45,048 nt of DNA. Origin: a virus. Its lineage: Duplodnaviria > Caudoviricetes. The stretch spans positions 1-45,048 of IMG/VR virus record IMGVR_UViG_3300036796_000044. One strand, given 5' to 3'. This document shows positions 43,663-45,048 of this stretch, one piece after another; within the stretch, counting starts at the first letter, position 1, and each line of letters starts with the position of its first letter. Below the pieces are notes generated by a model. That model had not been told where the DNA came from. It saw nothing but the letters and a program-made list of their open reading frames with translations, and made no database searches. A program made the translations under genes and the position numbers.

Positions 43663-43907
43663 CAATGTCAGAGATAGGAAGGGTGACGCTAATGGCTGTG
43701 GAAAAGGTTGTGGATTTGGTCGGCGCTGCGAAGGAGTTTGCAGACCTTCATTGCTATGCTAGCGGCGATCAGCGCAGGCTGTTCGAAATAGCGCTCGTGA
43801 GCCTTCTCATAAACACTTACGAGGGAGGTGTCGATACTGGGCGGCGTGAGCGTTTGAGTCAAACAGGGGAATACGAAGAGGAAGGCGGAGAAGATGAGGA
43901 GTGTTAA
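43659..43907 (+). CDS. hypothetical protein
   Basis: Coupled ORF with an acidic tail containing the palindrome. Confidence 0.55.
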   Translation: MTMSEIGRVTLMAVEKVVDLVGAAKEFADLHCYASGDQRRLFEIALVSLLINTYEGGVDTGRRERLSQTGEYEEEGGEDEEC

Positions 43908-44424
43908 GGGCTTTCTGGCTGACGACGGCACCTATTTCGATACGGCTGAGAGTGCGGAACTGTATGAGGCCTTGCACGCCTTGGAGTTCTCGGTCAGGAA
44001 CATAGGTGCCGATCCCGCGAAGTTCATGATCGTGATTGAGGGTTGTCAAGACCAACTCAGGAGGTATCTAAATGCCAAGAATGAATACGAAGAAAGTGAA
44101 GCCAAGGGTCCAGGAGACACCCAACCTGCTGTCAATAACACCAACGACAGCAGAGCAGAGGGGGATGCATCCGTACTCGAACAGCCGGCTAACGAACCTG
44201 AACATGTGCCCGACGTACGGAGTGGTGTCGGCACAGAAGCAGTACCAGACGAACGCAAGATCGATGGCGCTGGAGGCGGGAGCACTCATGCACGAAGTGT
44301 TCGCAGCGCTGCGTATATGGCAACTGTATCGACAGCAGCACTTGCCACGGCACGCGGAGGCAGTGGCGACACGTTTGTTCGGCAGGCCGAAGCAAGGGCA
44401 AAACTATCGCGGGCAGACAAGTGA
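43894..44424 (+). CDS. hypothetical protein (3' part overlaps the Cas4-like gene)
   Basis: GGAG RBS; N-terminal GFLADDGTYFDT..A..YE pattern. Confidence 0.55.
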   Translation: MRSVKGFLADDGTYFDTAESAELYEALHALEFSVRNIGADPAKFMIVIEGCQDQLRRYLNAKNEYEESEAKGPGDTQPAVNNTNDSRAEGDASVLEQPANEPEHVPDVRSGVGTEAVPDERKIDGAGGGSTHARSVRSAAYMATVSTAALATARGGSGDTFVRQAEARAKLSRADK

Positions 44425-45048
44425 TCCAAGCAGATGGAGGCGCTGCTGGCTCAAGAGTGCAGACCAGAAGGATACGCGTGAGTCAATGATGGTGCTCGCG
44501 TTCGAGATACTGCGCAGCAGCGGCTGGGAGGACGATCCAGAGGATAGGATCAGGACGATCGCCAACATGGAATTGGCATCGATCGTATACATCGACGAGA
44601 TTGTCCCGAGAATGTTGAACTCGCCGATCTACGTGGCGGATGAAGCTACTCCGAATTGCACCGTGGGCATCGAGAATGTGTTCGACGTAGTGCTCACATA
44701 TGACGACGAGAAGCAGTTCCGGTTCATTGGCACGTTGGACGGATTGACGTTTAACAAGGCAAAGGATCGTGCGGTGCTGGAGGACAATAAAACGGCAGCG
44801 AGATTGGATGAAGGTTGGAAGGCGTCGTTCCTGTTATCCAATCAAGTGACGGGATATCTGGCGTGTGCTGCGTCTGTGTACGGGTTCGATATCTACGACG
44901 CGAAGATTATCGGACTCAAGGTCAAGCCGACTGGTAAAGGCGAAGACGTGTGGCCGATATCTGTAAGCAGGACTGGTGAGCAGTTCCAGCGGTGGGCGTT
45001 CTGGTTCAGGCATACGGCAGAGATGTATGAGCAGTATAAGGACGACTA
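44072..45048 (+). CDS. Cas4/AddB-like PD-(D/E)XK exonuclease, N-terminal part (continues to 304; ~378 aa total)
   Basis: Translated by hand. GGAGGT RBS; YSNSRL...MCP, GALMH, GTLDG, EDNKT and QVTGY. No stop before the window end. Confidence 0.85.
   Translation, partial: MPRMNTKKVKPRVQETPNLLSITPTTAEQRGMHPYSNSRLTNLNMCPTYGVVSAQKQYQTNARSMALEAGALMHEVFAALRIWQLYRQQHLPRHAEAVATRLFGRPKQGQNYRGQTSDPSRWRRCWLKSADQKDTRESMMVLAFEILRSSGWEDDPEDRIRTIANMELASIVYIDEIVPRMLNSPIYVADEATPNCTVGIENVFDVVLTYDDEKQFRFIGTLDGLTFNKAKDRAVLEDNKTAARLDEGWKASFLLSNQVTGYLACAASVYGFDIYDAKIIGLKVKPTGKGEDVWPISVSRTGEQFQRWAFWFRHTAEMYEQYKDD
44905..45048. repeat. Terminal direct repeat, right copy
   Basis: Matches 1-144 with one mismatch. Confidence 0.95.

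Larger units (their letters stand above)
506..43865. repeat. Dispersed 15-bp palindrome TGT(T/G)TGA(G/C)TCAAACA, 36 copies
   Basis: 15-mer starts: 506, 1997, 4081, 5422, 7088, 10676, 11810, 13560, 16554, 17980, 19384, 20891, 22175, 24017, 24884, 26500, 27505, 28433, 30967, 33310, 34187, 35179, 35406, 35671, 36002, 36429, 36690, 37788, 38878, 39211, 39442, 39634, 39963, 40759, 41783, 43851. One degenerate copy at 2818 (AGTGTGAGACAAACA). Found by manual scan, so some may be missed. Confidence 0.97.

Noticed and set aside
506-43865. Palindromic repeats plus a Cas4-like gene interpreted as a CRISPR system
   Set aside because: Repeats are 15 bp and separated by hundreds to thousands of bases of genes, not 30-40 bp spacers. 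No cas1, cas2 or effector genes.
838-44490. Partial motif matches near 838, 1087, 27732, 40366 and 44474
   Set aside because: Only the core or one arm matches, within coding sequence. They could be chance, so they were not counted.

Overview
The window is an apparently complete, circularly assembled ~44.9 kb tailed dsDNA phage genome with podovirus-like organisation. Positions 1-144 repeat at 44905-45048 with one mismatch. The host is probably an alphaproteobacterium (inferred from a VPLPA-CTERM protein and RegA/RegR-like boxes). Two arms diverge from a ~1.45 kb non-coding control region (35690-37130). The rightward arm (37134 to the end, wrapping to 7094) holds small early genes, a HAD phosphatase, an Acb2/Tad1-like protein, a Cas4-like exonuclease, a Sak4-like ATPase, an SSB-like protein, an RHH protein, a RecD-like helicase, a dNMP kinase and a UDG-fused family A polymerase. 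The leftward arm (35650 to 7096) holds TerS, TerL, a VPLPA-CTERM protein, portal, scaffold, capsid, adaptor/nozzle, two tail fibres, a GNAT protein, internal virion proteins and a 2044-aa ejection protein with two peptidoglycan-hydrolase-like domains. I recognised no integrase, primase, stand-alone endolysin or tRNA. The most striking feature is a 15-bp palindrome, TGT(T/G)TGA(G/C)TCAAACA, found by eye at 36 sites (about one per 1.25 kb). It sits at most gene junctions, supplies stop codons, abuts start codons, is embedded in hairpins and also occurs inside long genes, which suggests an undescribed genome-wide DNA-binding or marking system. All product calls come from motifs recognised by eye; no database searches were run.
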